DNA of 61,971 bases, counting the filler, from Actinomycetota bacterium (lineage in GTDB: Bacteria; Actinomycetota; CADDZG01; JAHWKV01; JAOPZY01): assembly GCA_025963875.1 (NCBI GenBank). It is 5 parts of 5 records of this genome, joined end to end, with 100 filler letters (N's around TTAATTAATTAA, not from the genome) between each part and the next. Parts side by side here need not be neighbours in the genome. Positions count along the whole stretch, not along the records: positions 31,898 to 57,760 come from JAOPZY010000117.1; 4 more parts are not named here. One strand, 5' to 3'. Numbering within the stretch: the first letter of the stretch is position 1; every line of letters begins with the position of its first letter. Position numbers and translations under genes: made by a program. The notes under the pieces are model-generated. The model saw only the letters and a program-made list of their open reading frames with translations. It was not told where the DNA came from and ran no database searches. Below, one piece after another: positions 46,208 through 55,420 of this stretch.

Positions 46208-47550
46208 GCGACCTGAGCCGGCTCACCAGCCGGGAGGCCACCTTCATCACCCGCCGCTACCAGGACTACCCCGGCGACTCCTTCACCCTGGAGCGTGCAC
46301 GGGCGACGGGGGCCTACGAGAGCCTGAAGAAGGCGATCGCCACGATGACGCCCGACGCCCTCGTCGAGCTGGTGAAGGCCTCCGGCCTGCGCGGCAGGGG
46401 CGGCGCCGGGTTCCCGACGGGCAACAAGTGGTCGTTCGTCCCGAGGGACGCCTTCCCCCGCTACCTGGTGGTCAACGACGACGAGGGCGAGCCCGGGACC
46501 TTCAAGGACCGGGAGCTCACCGAGCGGGACCCCCATGCGATCCTCGAGGGCATCCTCATCGCCGCCCTGGCCATCCGGGCCGAGCGCGCGTACATCTACA
46601 TCCGGGGCGAGTTCGGCCTCGGGTACCGCCGGATGCAGCAGGCCGTCGACGACGCCCGGGCGGCCGGCCTTGTCGGGCGCAACATCGCCGGCACCGACTT
46701 CTCCTGCGACGTGTTCATCCACCGGGGCGCCGGCGCCTACATCTGCGGCGAGGAGACGTCGCTGCTCGACTCGCTGGAGGGCTACCGCGGCCAACCCCGC
46801 CTCCGCCCGCCGTTCCCGGCGGTGAAGGGGCTCTACGCCGCACCGACCGTCGTGAACAACGTGGAGACCCTCGCCAACCTGCCGCACATCGTCGCCCACG
46901 GCTCCGACTGGTTCCGTACCTTCGGGACCCAGCAGTCGCCGGGAACCAAGCTCTTCTCGATATCCGGCCACGTCGCCAACCCCGGCAACTACGAGGTCGC
47001 CCTCGGCACCACCCTCGGGGAGCTCATCGAGGTTGCCGGGGGTATCCCGGGCGGGCGGAGCCTGAAGGCCGTCATCCCCGGCGGCGCCAGCGCCCCGTGG
47101 GTCACCGACACGAGCCTGCCGATGTCGTTCGAGGCCCTGGCGGCGGCGGGCACGATGCTGGGATCCGGCGCCGTCGTCGTCATGGACGACACGACCTGCG
47201 TGGTGCGGATGGCGATGATCAACACCCGGTTCTTCAACCACGAATCGTGCGGCAAGTGCACCCCGTGCCGGGAGGGCACGTGGTGGATGCGCAAGGTGCT
47301 GGAGCGGCTGGAGTCCGGCGAGGGCCGGCCCGAGGACCGCGGCCTGCTCCTCGAGCTGTGCGAGGACCTCCTCCCCGAGAAGGGCGCGCCGGCCAGCGGC
47401 CGCTCGTTCTGCCCCCTCGGCGACTCCGCCGCCTGGTCCCTGCGGTCGATCGTGAAGATCTTCCCCGAGGAGTTCCTGGCCCACGTCGAGGAGGGCCGCT
47501 GCCCGGTGCGAGCAGGAGAAGAGGCCCGCGAGCAGGAGGTGCGGGCGTGA
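46204..47550 (+). CDS. nuoF: NADH-quinone oxidoreductase subunit F
   Basis: SGLRGRGGAGFPTG.KW, GAGAYICGEET, ESCGKCTPCREG. Confidence 0.97.
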   Translation: MSDLSRLTSREATFITRRYQDYPGDSFTLERARATGAYESLKKAIATMTPDALVELVKASGLRGRGGAGFPTGNKWSFVPRDAFPRYLVVNDDEGEPGTFKDRELTERDPHAILEGILIAALAIRAERAYIYIRGEFGLGYRRMQQAVDDARAAGLVGRNIAGTDFSCDVFIHRGAGAYICGEETSLLDSLEGYRGQPRLRPPFPAVKGLYAAPTVVNNVETLANLPHIVAHGSDWFRTFGTQQSPGTKLFSISGHVANPGNYEVALGTTLGELIEVAGGIPGGRSLKAVIPGGASAPWVTDTSLPMSFEALAAAGTMLGSGAVVVMDDTTCVVRMAMINTRFFNHESCGKCTPCREGTWWMRKVLERLESGEGRPEDRGLLLELCEDLLPEKGAPASGRSFCPLGDSAAWSLRSIVKIFPEEFLAHVEEGRCPVRAGEEAREQEVRA

Positions 47551-48008
47551 ACGCGGTGCGGCGTATCGCCATGGTCGTCGGCTTCGCCACCTGGCTCTTC
47601 TCCTTCTCCCTGCTGCACGACGCCCGCGCCCGCTTCGACGGCGGCCCCCCCGGGTGGCTGACGGGCCTGCTCGGCGTGGCGCTGATCATGACCATCGGCA
47701 CCGCGGTCACGGCGGCGATCAGGCTCCCCATCTGGCCGTGGTGCGCCGTCGCGGGGGCGGTGTTCGTGGTCGCCGGCGTCATCGGCATCCACTTCGTCAA
47801 GCTGCAGATCCATTCCAATGCGCTGATCCGCGCCAAGCTGCCCGGCGGGGTGTCCCTGTCCGCCGTGTTCCAGGACATCTTCCGGACAGGCGGCGTCCAT
47901 GTGTTCTTCTTCGTCGTGGCCCCGGCGATCCTCCTCGTCACGGGCGCGTACGGCTGGTTCCGCGGACCCCGCAACATCTTCCTCACGGAGGACCCGCATG
48001 CCGCCTGA
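47547..48008 (+). CDS. Hypothetical 4-TM membrane protein inside the nuo operon
   Basis: 153 aa, GTGA overlap with the nuoF stop, overlaps the nuoG start by 11 nt; host-like codon usage. Confidence 0.8.
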   Translation: MNAVRRIAMVVGFATWLFSFSLLHDARARFDGGPPGWLTGLLGVALIMTIGTAVTAAIRLPIWPWCAVAGAVFVVAGVIGIHFVKLQIHSNALIRAKLPGGVSLSAVFQDIFRTGGVHVFFFVVAPAILLVTGAYGWFRGPRNIFLTEDPHAA

Positions 48009-50667
48009 GACCCGCGACACCGGCATCCGGCTCACGATCAACGGCACGGAGTTGCCGGCCGAGAACGGCCACCTGCTCATCGACGTGGCGGAGTCCTACG
48101 GCGTCTTCGTGCCGAGGTTCTGCTACCACCCGGGCATGGACTCCGTGGCGGCGTGCCGGATGTGCCTCGTCGAGGTCGAAGGCTCCCGCAAGCTGCTGCC
48201 CGCCTGCGCCACCCCCGTGACCGACGGCATGGTGGTCCACACCGACTCGACGCCCGCCATCGAGGCGCAGCGCTCGGTCCTCGAGCTGCTGCTCATCAAC
48301 CATCCGCTCGACTGTCCGATCTGCGACCGCGGCGGCGAGTGCCCCCTGCAGGACCAGGCCCTCAACTTCGGTCCGGGGCGGAGCCGGTACCGGGAGCAGA
48401 AGCGTCATTTCAAGAAACCGATTGCGCTCTCCGAGCTCGTGATGCTCGACCGGGAGCGGTGCGTGCTCTGCTGGCGCTGCGTGCGGTTCTGCCGGGAGGT
48501 CTCCGGTGACAAGGAGATCGAGCTGCTCGACCGGGGCTCGCTGTCGCAGATCAACCGGGGGCCTGCCGAGCCGTTCGACTCCTACTTCTCGGGCAACACC
48601 ATCCAGATCTGTCCGGTGGGCGCGCTCACCTCCAAGCCGTACCGCTTCCTCTCCCGGCCGTGGGACCTGCTGTCGACCGCGACGACCTGCTCGTTCTGCG
48701 CCGTCGGATGCCCCCTGTCGGTGGAGCGGCGGGGCGACGAGGTCCTGCGGGCGCAGGCGCTGCCCAACGACGCGGTCAACTCGTTCTGGAACTGCGACAA
48801 GGGCCGCTACGGCCACCGCTACGTCTCCCACGCCGACCGGCTGCTCGCCCCGCTGGTGCGACGGCGCGCCACGATGGGGGAGGCGGACACCTTCGAGGAC
48901 ATGCCGTGGCGGGACGTCCTGGACGCCGTGGCGGACAAGCTCACATCGACCATCGCCGAGCACGGCCCGGCGTCGGTCGGCTTCATCGGCGGTTCCCACG
49001 CCACCAACGAGGACCTCTTCGCGGCCATCCTGCTCTTCCGCGACGTCGTCGGCACCCCCAACGTCGACTTCCGCACCTTCGACGCCGCCTTCGACTACGG
49101 AGCGTTCGGCAAGGGGGGCGTCGTCGGGTCCAGCTCGCAGTTCGAGGACCTGGACAAGGCGCACACCATCCTCTGGTTCGGGCCCGACCCGAAGGAGGAG
49201 CTCCCGGTGCTCTACCTGCGGCTCCGCCATGCCGTGAAGCAGGGGGCCAGCCTGCTGGTCGCCCATCCCCGGCGCATCAGCCTCTGCGAGTTCGGTACCC
49301 ACCTCGCCTACACCCCCGGCCGCGAGGCCGAGCTGGTGCGGGGCCTTGTCACCGCGGGGGCCGAGATCCCCGACTGCGGCGTCGACCGTGAGCTGATCCG
49401 CTCTGCGGGCCACGCCCTGGCGCAGCAGCCGGTCGTCGTCGCGGTCGGCCAGCAGTCCCCCGGCCGGAGCTGCCCGGGGGCGTGGGACGAGCTCGCAACC
49501 TGGGCCCGCTCGCTGGAGAAGTCCGGCCGGGCCACCGTGCTGCTCTGTGTGCCCAACGCCAACTCCCAGGGCGCGCTCGACATGGGCATCTACCCCGGCC
49601 TCGACCGGGGCCACCGCCCGGCCCCGCCCGGTCTCGGGACCCTGGAGATGCTGCGCGCCGCGGTCGACGGGCGCATCAGGTTCCTGTGGCTCATGGGGGC
49701 CGACATCCTGAGCGACGTGCCGGACGCCGCCCTCGCGGAGGCGGCCCTGTCCTCCGGCGCCTACGTCGTCGTCTCCGAGCTGTTCCCCACGGCGACCGCC
49801 CTCTCCGCCGACGTCATCCTCCCGGCGGCCGCGTTCGCCGAGAAGGAGGGGTCGTACACGAACCTGGAGCGCCGGATCCAGAAGACGAACCCGGTCGTGT
49901 CGGCCCCCAGTGGCGCGCGGGCCGACTGGCACGTCCTCCTCGACATCTCGGCCCGGCTGGGCACGCCCAGGGTCTGGACCTCGTCGAAGGAGATCGCCGC
50001 CGAGATCGCCCGCTCGGTGCCGACCCACCAAGGGTTCGACTGGGAACTGCTCGGCGACCCGTGGGCGCCCGTCGCCGGGCCCGCCGACGTGCCTCCCGAG
50101 CTGTGGCACGCCGCCGGGGAGAACCCGCCACTGCCCCAGTACCAGGCCTCGCCGACGCCGGACGACCTCGGAAACGGGTCGCTCAGACTGCCCGACCGCC
50201 GCCTCACCACCTCGTGGCCGCTGCGCTGGGAGCTGCGAGCCGTGGACGCCACCCGCCGGCGCGGTTGGGTCTGGCCGGGCAAGGCGGCGGCCGGGCCGAA
50301 CCCGGCCACCGCACCGTCCACCCCCAGGCTGAACGTCTATGAGGACGCCCCCCCCGGTGCCCTCTTCCTCCTCGCCGGCCGGGCGATCTACGACAACGGG
50401 GCCATGGTGTCCCGCTCCCCGGACCTGGGCGTTGTCACGCCGGCGCCGTTCGTGGAGCTGCACCCCGACGAGGCTGCCTCACGGAGGCTCGTCGCCGGCA
50501 GCGAGGTCACGGTGTCGTCCCCGAAGGGGTCCGTGCGGGTCCCCTTGAGGATCTCGACCGACACCCCGCCGGGGGCCGCGGCCGTACCGTTCGACCAGCC
50601 CGGGATGTCGGCCAACGTCCTGCTGGACTCCTCCGAGCCCGCCACCTACGTCACGGTCGCCCCATGA
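47998..50667 (+). CDS. nuoG: NADH-quinone oxidoreductase subunit G
   Basis: PRFCYH, CRMCLVE, NHPLDCPICD.GGEC.LQD, CVLC.RC.RFC, CSFCAVGC...CDKGR. Confidence 0.96.
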   Translation: MPPETRDTGIRLTINGTELPAENGHLLIDVAESYGVFVPRFCYHPGMDSVAACRMCLVEVEGSRKLLPACATPVTDGMVVHTDSTPAIEAQRSVLELLLINHPLDCPICDRGGECPLQDQALNFGPGRSRYREQKRHFKKPIALSELVMLDRERCVLCWRCVRFCREVSGDKEIELLDRGSLSQINRGPAEPFDSYFSGNTIQICPVGALTSKPYRFLSRPWDLLSTATTCSFCAVGCPLSVERRGDEVLRAQALPNDAVNSFWNCDKGRYGHRYVSHADRLLAPLVRRRATMGEADTFEDMPWRDVLDAVADKLTSTIAEHGPASVGFIGGSHATNEDLFAAILLFRDVVGTPNVDFRTFDAAFDYGAFGKGGVVGSSSQFEDLDKAHTILWFGPDPKEELPVLYLRLRHAVKQGASLLVAHPRRISLCEFGTHLAYTPGREAELVRGLVTAGAEIPDCGVDRELIRSAGHALAQQPVVVAVGQQSPGRSCPGAWDELATWARSLEKSGRATVLLCVPNANSQGALDMGIYPGLDRGHRPAPPGLGTLEMLRAAVDGRIRFLWLMGADILSDVPDAALAEAALSSGAYVVVSELFPTATALSADVILPAAAFAEKEGSYTNLERRIQKTNPVVSAPSGARADWHVLLDISARLGTPRVWTSSKEIAAEIARSVPTHQGFDWELLGDPWAPVAGPADVPPELWHAAGENPPLPQYQASPTPDDLGNGSLRLPDRRLTTSWPLRWELRAVDATRRRGWVWPGKAAAGPNPATAPSTPRLNVYEDAPPGALFLLAGRAIYDNGAMVSRSPDLGVVTPAPFVELHPDEAASRRLVAGSEVTVSSPKGSVRVPLRISTDTPPGAAAVPFDQPGMSANVLLDSSEPATYVTVAP

Positions 50668-51740
50668 GCATGACCTTCCTTGCCGACCTGGTCGTCATCC
50701 TGGCCAAGATCCTCATCGTGTTCCTCGTGCTCAGCGTGCTCGTCATCTTCATCGTCTGGTTCGAGCGCAAGGTCGTCGCCCACATGCAGAGCCGGCTCGG
50801 CCCCAACCGCTGGGGGCCGTTCGGCCTCCTCACGAGCGTGGCGGACGGCATGAAGCTGATGTTCAAGGAGCCGATCACTCCGATCACCGCCGACCATGTG
50901 ACCTTCGCCCTGGCGCCCGGGATCTCAATGCTCGCCGCCTTCCTGGCCTTCGCCTCGATCCCGTTCGGCACGTCGGTGCTGATCTTCGGCCACCGAGCGA
51001 CCTTCGAGATCGCCGACCTCAATGTCGGCCTCCTGTGGGTGCTGGCGATGGGGTCGCTCGCGGTGTACGGCGTGGTGCTCGCCGGGTGGTCGAGCGGCTC
51101 CAAGTACCCGCTGCTCGGCGGGATCCGCTCCAGCGCCCAGATGATTTCCTACGAGATCGCCCTGTCCCTGTCGCTCATCCCCGTCGTGATGTCGGCGGGA
51201 AGTCTCTCGCTGAGGACGATCGTCCATGCCCAGAGCGGTGTCATCGGGTCGATCGGATGGCTCGGGCCGGTGGGCGGGGTGGGGAAGTTCATCCCGCACT
51301 GGTACATCTTCTACCACCTGCCCGCGTTCCTGATCTTCCTGCTGGCCGGCGTCGCCGAGACCAACCGGCCGCCGTTCGACCTCGCCGAGGCGGACACCGA
51401 GCTGGTGGGCGGGTACCACACGGAATATTCCGGCATCAAGTTCGCCATGTTCTTCCTCGCGGAGTACCTCCACGTCGTCACGATCTCGGCCCTCGCGGTG
51501 CTGCTGTTCCTGGGGGGCTGGAACGGTGTCACGCCCAACCTCCCCGTCCTCGGGTGGATCTGGCCGCTGCTGTGGTTCGTCGCCAAGGTGTTCTTCTTCG
51601 TCTTCCTCTTCGTGTGGCTGCGGGCGACACTGCCCAGGCTGCGCTACGACAAGCTCATGGCGGTCGGTTGGAGGGTCCTGATCCCGGCCGCCCTGACCTG
51701 GCTGGTCGTGTCCGGCCTTGCGATGGCGGGGAGCGTCTGA
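50664..51740 (+). CDS. nuoH: NADH-quinone oxidoreductase subunit H
   Basis: ERKV.A.MQ.R.GPN, AQMISYE, AETNRPPFDL, RATLPRLRYD. Confidence 0.97.
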   Translation: MSMTFLADLVVILAKILIVFLVLSVLVIFIVWFERKVVAHMQSRLGPNRWGPFGLLTSVADGMKLMFKEPITPITADHVTFALAPGISMLAAFLAFASIPFGTSVLIFGHRATFEIADLNVGLLWVLAMGSLAVYGVVLAGWSSGSKYPLLGGIRSSAQMISYEIALSLSLIPVVMSAGSLSLRTIVHAQSGVIGSIGWLGPVGGVGKFIPHWYIFYHLPAFLIFLLAGVAETNRPPFDLAEADTELVGGYHTEYSGIKFAMFFLAEYLHVVTISALAVLLFLGGWNGVTPNLPVLGWIWPLLWFVAKVFFFVFLFVWLRATLPRLRYDKLMAVGWRVLIPAALTWLVVSGLAMAGSV

Positions 51741-52540
51741 TGCCCGACGAACGCCCCCCCGAGAAGGACCTCGGGCCGCTGCGGGCCACCGTCAACGTGG
51801 CCAAGGGGCTGTGGGTCACCCTGCGCCACCTGTGGCGCAGGCCCATCACGATCCAGTACCCGGAGCAGCGCCGGGAGCCGTTCCCGCGCTTCAAGGGCCG
51901 CCACGTCCTCGACCGCCACGAGGACGGCCTCGAGAAGTGCATCGGCTGCGAGCTGTGCGCCGGGGCGTGCCCGGCCGACGCCATCCTCGTCATCGGAGCG
52001 GAGAACACGCCCGAGGCCAGGTACTCGCCGGGGGAGCGCTACGCCAAGGTCTACGAGATCAACTACCTGCGATGCATCTTCTGCGGGCTCTGCGTCGAGG
52101 CCTGCCCCACCGAGGCCCTCGTCATGTCGCACGCCTACGACCTGGCGTCGGATTCCCGGGACTCCCTCATCTTCACCAAGGACATGCTGATCGCCGACGC
52201 CCCGCTCCAGAGGCGTCCGTCGAAGGAGGACCTCGCCGCCGGCGAGGACGTCGGCGACTTCCGGATCCTGAAGGAGGGACTCGCCCGCGCCCGGGCCGAG
52301 CTGGGCAAGCCGCAGCGTCCGGCGCCGCCCGGAGCCGGGGGCCGTCCGCCTGCTCCCGAGGAGGGACGCCCGGCTGGCACCGCAAGTCTGGGGCAGTCGG
52401 CGAGTGCGGAGGGTTCGCCCAAGCGCACCGAGGTCCTCGAGGGAGCGCCCCCCGCCCGCGGCACCCAGGCGCCGGGCGACGTGCCTCCCCCGGACCCATC
52501 CGCGCCCCGTCCCACCGACGAGAACATCTCCCCCCGGTGA
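51740..52540 (+). CDS. nuoI: NADH-quinone oxidoreductase subunit I with Pro-rich C-terminal extension
   Basis: CIGCELCAGACP, CIFCGLCVEACP. Confidence 0.96.
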   Translation: MPDERPPEKDLGPLRATVNVAKGLWVTLRHLWRRPITIQYPEQRREPFPRFKGRHVLDRHEDGLEKCIGCELCAGACPADAILVIGAENTPEARYSPGERYAKVYEINYLRCIFCGLCVEACPTEALVMSHAYDLASDSRDSLIFTKDMLIADAPLQRRPSKEDLAAGEDVGDFRILKEGLARARAELGKPQRPAPPGAGGRPPAPEEGRPAGTASLGQSASAEGSPKRTEVLEGAPPARGTQAPGDVPPPDPSAPRPTDENISPR

Positions 52541-52547
52541 TGCCGAG

Positions 52548-53057
52548 ATGATCCAGATCGCCGTCTTCGCCGTCATCGCCGCCGTCGCGGTCATCGCGGG
52601 CGTGTTCCTCGTGCTCACCCGCAATGCCGTCCACTCGGCGCTGTTCCTGGTCGGGGTGCAGCTCTGCCTTGCGGTGCTCTTCCTGCTGCAGGGGGCATTC
52701 CTGGTCTCGGTGCTGCAGATCATGGTCTACGCCGGCGCCATCATGGTGCTCTTCGTCTTCGTGGTCATGCTGCTGGGCGTCGACAAGAAGGAGGCCCTCA
52801 TCGAGCCGCTACGCTGGCAGCGGCCGATCGCCGCCGGGCTCGGCCTCCTGCTCGCCGCGGAGGCGATCTACCTGGCGCTCTCCCAGCACATCCACGTGGG
52901 CTCCGGCGGCCTCCAGGCCGGCCCGCACGAGGGCAACGTGCAGGCCGTCGCCCGGGTGCTCTTCACGAACTGGGCGCTGCCCTTCGAGGCGACCTCGGTC
53001 CTGCTGGTGGTCGCGGTGGTCGGCGTGATGGTCGTCGCCCGGCGGAAAATGGTCTAG
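52548..53057 (+). CDS. nuoJ: NADH-quinone oxidoreductase subunit J
   Basis: [32 protein letters not shown]. Confidence 0.95.
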   Translation: MIQIAVFAVIAAVAVIAGVFLVLTRNAVHSALFLVGVQLCLAVLFLLQGAFLVSVLQIMVYAGAIMVLFVFVVMLLGVDKKEALIEPLRWQRPIAAGLGLLLAAEAIYLALSQHIHVGSGGLQAGPHEGNVQAVARVLFTNWALPFEATSVLLVVAVVGVMVVARRKMV

Positions 53058-53059
53058 CG

Positions 53060-53365
53060 GTGCGGGTTCCCGGGGCGGCCTACCTCATCGTGTCGGCCAT
53101 CCTCTTCACCACGGGGGCGGTCGGGGTGCTCGTCCGGCGCAACGTCCTCGTGATGTTCATGTGCATCGAGCTGATGCTCAACGCCGTCAACCTGAGCTTC
53201 GTGACCCTCGGCCGCATGATGCACGCCCTCGACGGCCAGGTGGCGGTGTTCTTCGTGCTGGTGGTCGCCGCCGCCGAGGTGGTCGTGGGCCTGGCCATCA
53301 TCGTGGCGATCTTCCGCCGCCGGGCGAGCGCGGACGCCGACCAGATCAACCTGCTGAAGTGGTAG
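53060..53365 (+). CDS. nuoK: NADH-quinone oxidoreductase subunit K
   Basis: RRN....[22 protein letters not shown]. Confidence 0.97.
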   Translation: MRVPGAAYLIVSAILFTTGAVGVLVRRNVLVMFMCIELMLNAVNLSFVTLGRMMHALDGQVAVFFVLVVAAAEVVVGLAIIVAIFRRRASADADQINLLKW

Positions 53366-53382
53366 TGGTGGTTGAGTTTCCA

Positions 53383-53478
53383 GTCCTCGGACACTCCTTC
53401 GGAGTGTCCGAGGACCCAGGGGGGATTCGCAGCTCATCCGGCTCCGCTGCGCTCCGCCGGGCTGCGAATCCCCCCTGG
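53383..53478. repeat. Double-hairpin REP/MITE-like element between nuoK and nuoL
   Basis: Perfect 15-bp stem 53383-53415 and perfect 18-bp stem 53416-53478 enclosing CCGGC..CGCTGCGCT..GCCGG. Confidence 0.85.
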
Positions 53479-53507
53479 ACCCCCCTGGCGCCCGTGGGGG
53501 CCCAGCC

Positions 53508-55418
53508 GTGCTGAGGCAGGTCGTCCTCGTCCCCGTCCTGCCCCTCACCGGGGCGGTGATCCTGCTGCTGTTCGGCAAGCGGCTCGCCAGGGTGGCGGGC
53601 TACCTGGCGACGGTGCTCGTCGCGGCGTCCTTCGTTGTGTCGCTCACGATCCTGTCCGGGCTCGCCAAGCTGCCCGGCGACCAGCGCCTCGTCGTTCGGC
53701 ACCTCTTCGGCTGGATGGCGGCCGGAGGCTTCAACGTCTCGGTGGACTTCCGTATCGACCCCCTCTCCGTGATGATGATCCTGGTCGTCACCGGCGTCGG
53801 GGCGCTCATCCACTGGTACGCCATCGGCTACATGGCGCACGACGAGCACAAGGGCCGCTTCTTTTCCTACCTCAACCTGTTCGTCTTCTCGATGCTGCTC
53901 CTGGTCCTCGCGGGCAACTTCCTGGTGATGTACGCCGGGTGGGAGCTGGTCGGGCTGTGCTCCTACCTGCTCATCTCCTTCTACTTCACCCGGCCGGCGG
54001 CGGCGGCGGCCGGCAAGAAAGCGTTCCTCGTCACCCGGATCGGCGACCTTGGCATGTTCATCGGCCTGTTCGCCATCAGCCACGTCTTCCACAGCCTCGA
54101 CTTCGGGACGGTGTTCGGAGCCGCCGCCCAGCATCCGGCCCCGCACTTCTGGGCCACGGCCATCCCGCTGCTCCTCTTCGCCGGGGCGGTCGGCAAGTCC
54201 GCCCAGATCCCGCTCTACGTCTGGCTCCCCGACGCCATGGAGGGCCCGACGCCGGTCTCGGCGCTGATCCACGCCGCCACGATGGTCACGGCCGGCGTCT
54301 ACCTCGTTGCCCGGGCCCACGTCCTCTTCGAGCCCTCCCATGTGGCGGGGGCCGTCGTGACCGGCATCGGCGCGGCCACCGCCGTCTACGCGGCGACGAT
54401 GGCGCTCACCGAGGACGACATCAAACGGGTCCTGGCCTACTCGACCATCTCGCAGCTCGGCTACATGTTCATCGGCGTCGGGCTGGGGGTCCTCTACCGC
54501 TCGCCGGAGGCCTACACGACCGGCCTCTTCCACCTCGTCACGCACGCCTTCTTCAAGGCGCTCCTCTTCCTCGCCGCCGGCTCCGTGATCCATGCGATGC
54601 ACGAGATCACCGACATGAAGCAGATGGGAGGCCTGCTGAAGCGGCTGCCCATCACGGGGGTGGTCTTCGTCATCGGGGGGCTGGCCCTGTCCGGCATCCC
54701 GCCGTTCGCCGGCTACTTCTCCAAGGACGCCATCCTGGGGGAGGCGTGGATCCACGGCAACTACGCAGCCTGGGGGCTCGGCCTCCTCGGGGCGCTCCTG
54801 ACGGCCTTCTACGTCGGCCGGCAGATCTTCCTGACGTTCTTCGGCAGGTCGCGGGTGCCGCCCGAGATCCATCCCCACGAGTCACCCCCCTCGATGACGA
54901 TCCCGTTGATCGCCCTGGCCGGGCTGGCGACCATCGGGGGATTCCTCGGGGTCGGCGACAAGGGATCGATCCTCAACCGGTGGCTGGAGCCGGTCTTCCC
55001 ATCACCCGCGGTGGCGCTGGCGCCCAAGGCGGGGATCGGCCTGACGGTCCTCGCCGTCGCCGCGGGCCTCCTCGGCCTCGCTTTCGCGTACACCTTCTAC
55101 CTGGCCCCCGGCGCCACGGAGCGCCGGCAGCGCATCACGACGCCGCTCGCCCCGGTCCGCGAGCTGCTCAAGCACAAGTACTACGTCGACGAGCTCTACG
55201 GCGCCGTCATCGTGGCACCGGCCCTCGCGCTGGCAAACGCCGCCGCCGCCTTCGACACCCACGTCATCGACGGGGGGGTCATGGGGGTGGGCAGGCTCGT
55301 CGGCGGGGGCGCCGCCGTGTTCCGGCGGATCCAAAGCGGACTGGTGCGCCGCTACGTCCTGACGATGTTCGGCGGGATCGTGCTCGTCGTGGGCATCTTC
55401 CTGATCGCGGGCCGCTGA
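53508..55418 (+). CDS. nuoL: NADH-quinone oxidoreductase subunit L
   Basis: GWELVGLCSYLLI, GKSAQIPL.VWLPDAMEGPTPVSALIHAATMV, HAFFKALLFL. Confidence 0.97.
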   Translation: MLRQVVLVPVLPLTGAVILLLFGKRLARVAGYLATVLVAASFVVSLTILSGLAKLPGDQRLVVRHLFGWMAAGGFNVSVDFRIDPLSVMMILVVTGVGALIHWYAIGYMAHDEHKGRFFSYLNLFVFSMLLLVLAGNFLVMYAGWELVGLCSYLLISFYFTRPAAAAAGKKAFLVTRIGDLGMFIGLFAISHVFHSLDFGTVFGAAAQHPAPHFWATAIPLLLFAGAVGKSAQIPLYVWLPDAMEGPTPVSALIHAATMVTAGVYLVARAHVLFEPSHVAGAVVTGIGAATAVYAATMALTEDDIKRVLAYSTISQLGYMFIGVGLGVLYRSPEAYTTGLFHLVTHAFFKALLFLAAGSVIHAMHEITDMKQMGGLLKRLPITGVVFVIGGLALSGIPPFAGYFSKDAILGEAWIHGNYAAWGLGLLGALLTAFYVGRQIFLTFFGRSRVPPEIHPHESPPSMTIPLIALAGLATIGGFLGVGDKGSILNRWLEPVFPSPAVALAPKAGIGLTVLAVAAGLLGLAFAYTFYLAPGATERRQRITTPLAPVRELLKHKYYVDELYGAVIVAPALALANAAAAFDTHVIDGGVMGVGRLVGGGAAVFRRIQSGLVRRYVLTMFGGIVLVVGIFLIAGR

Positions 55419-55420
55419 CA

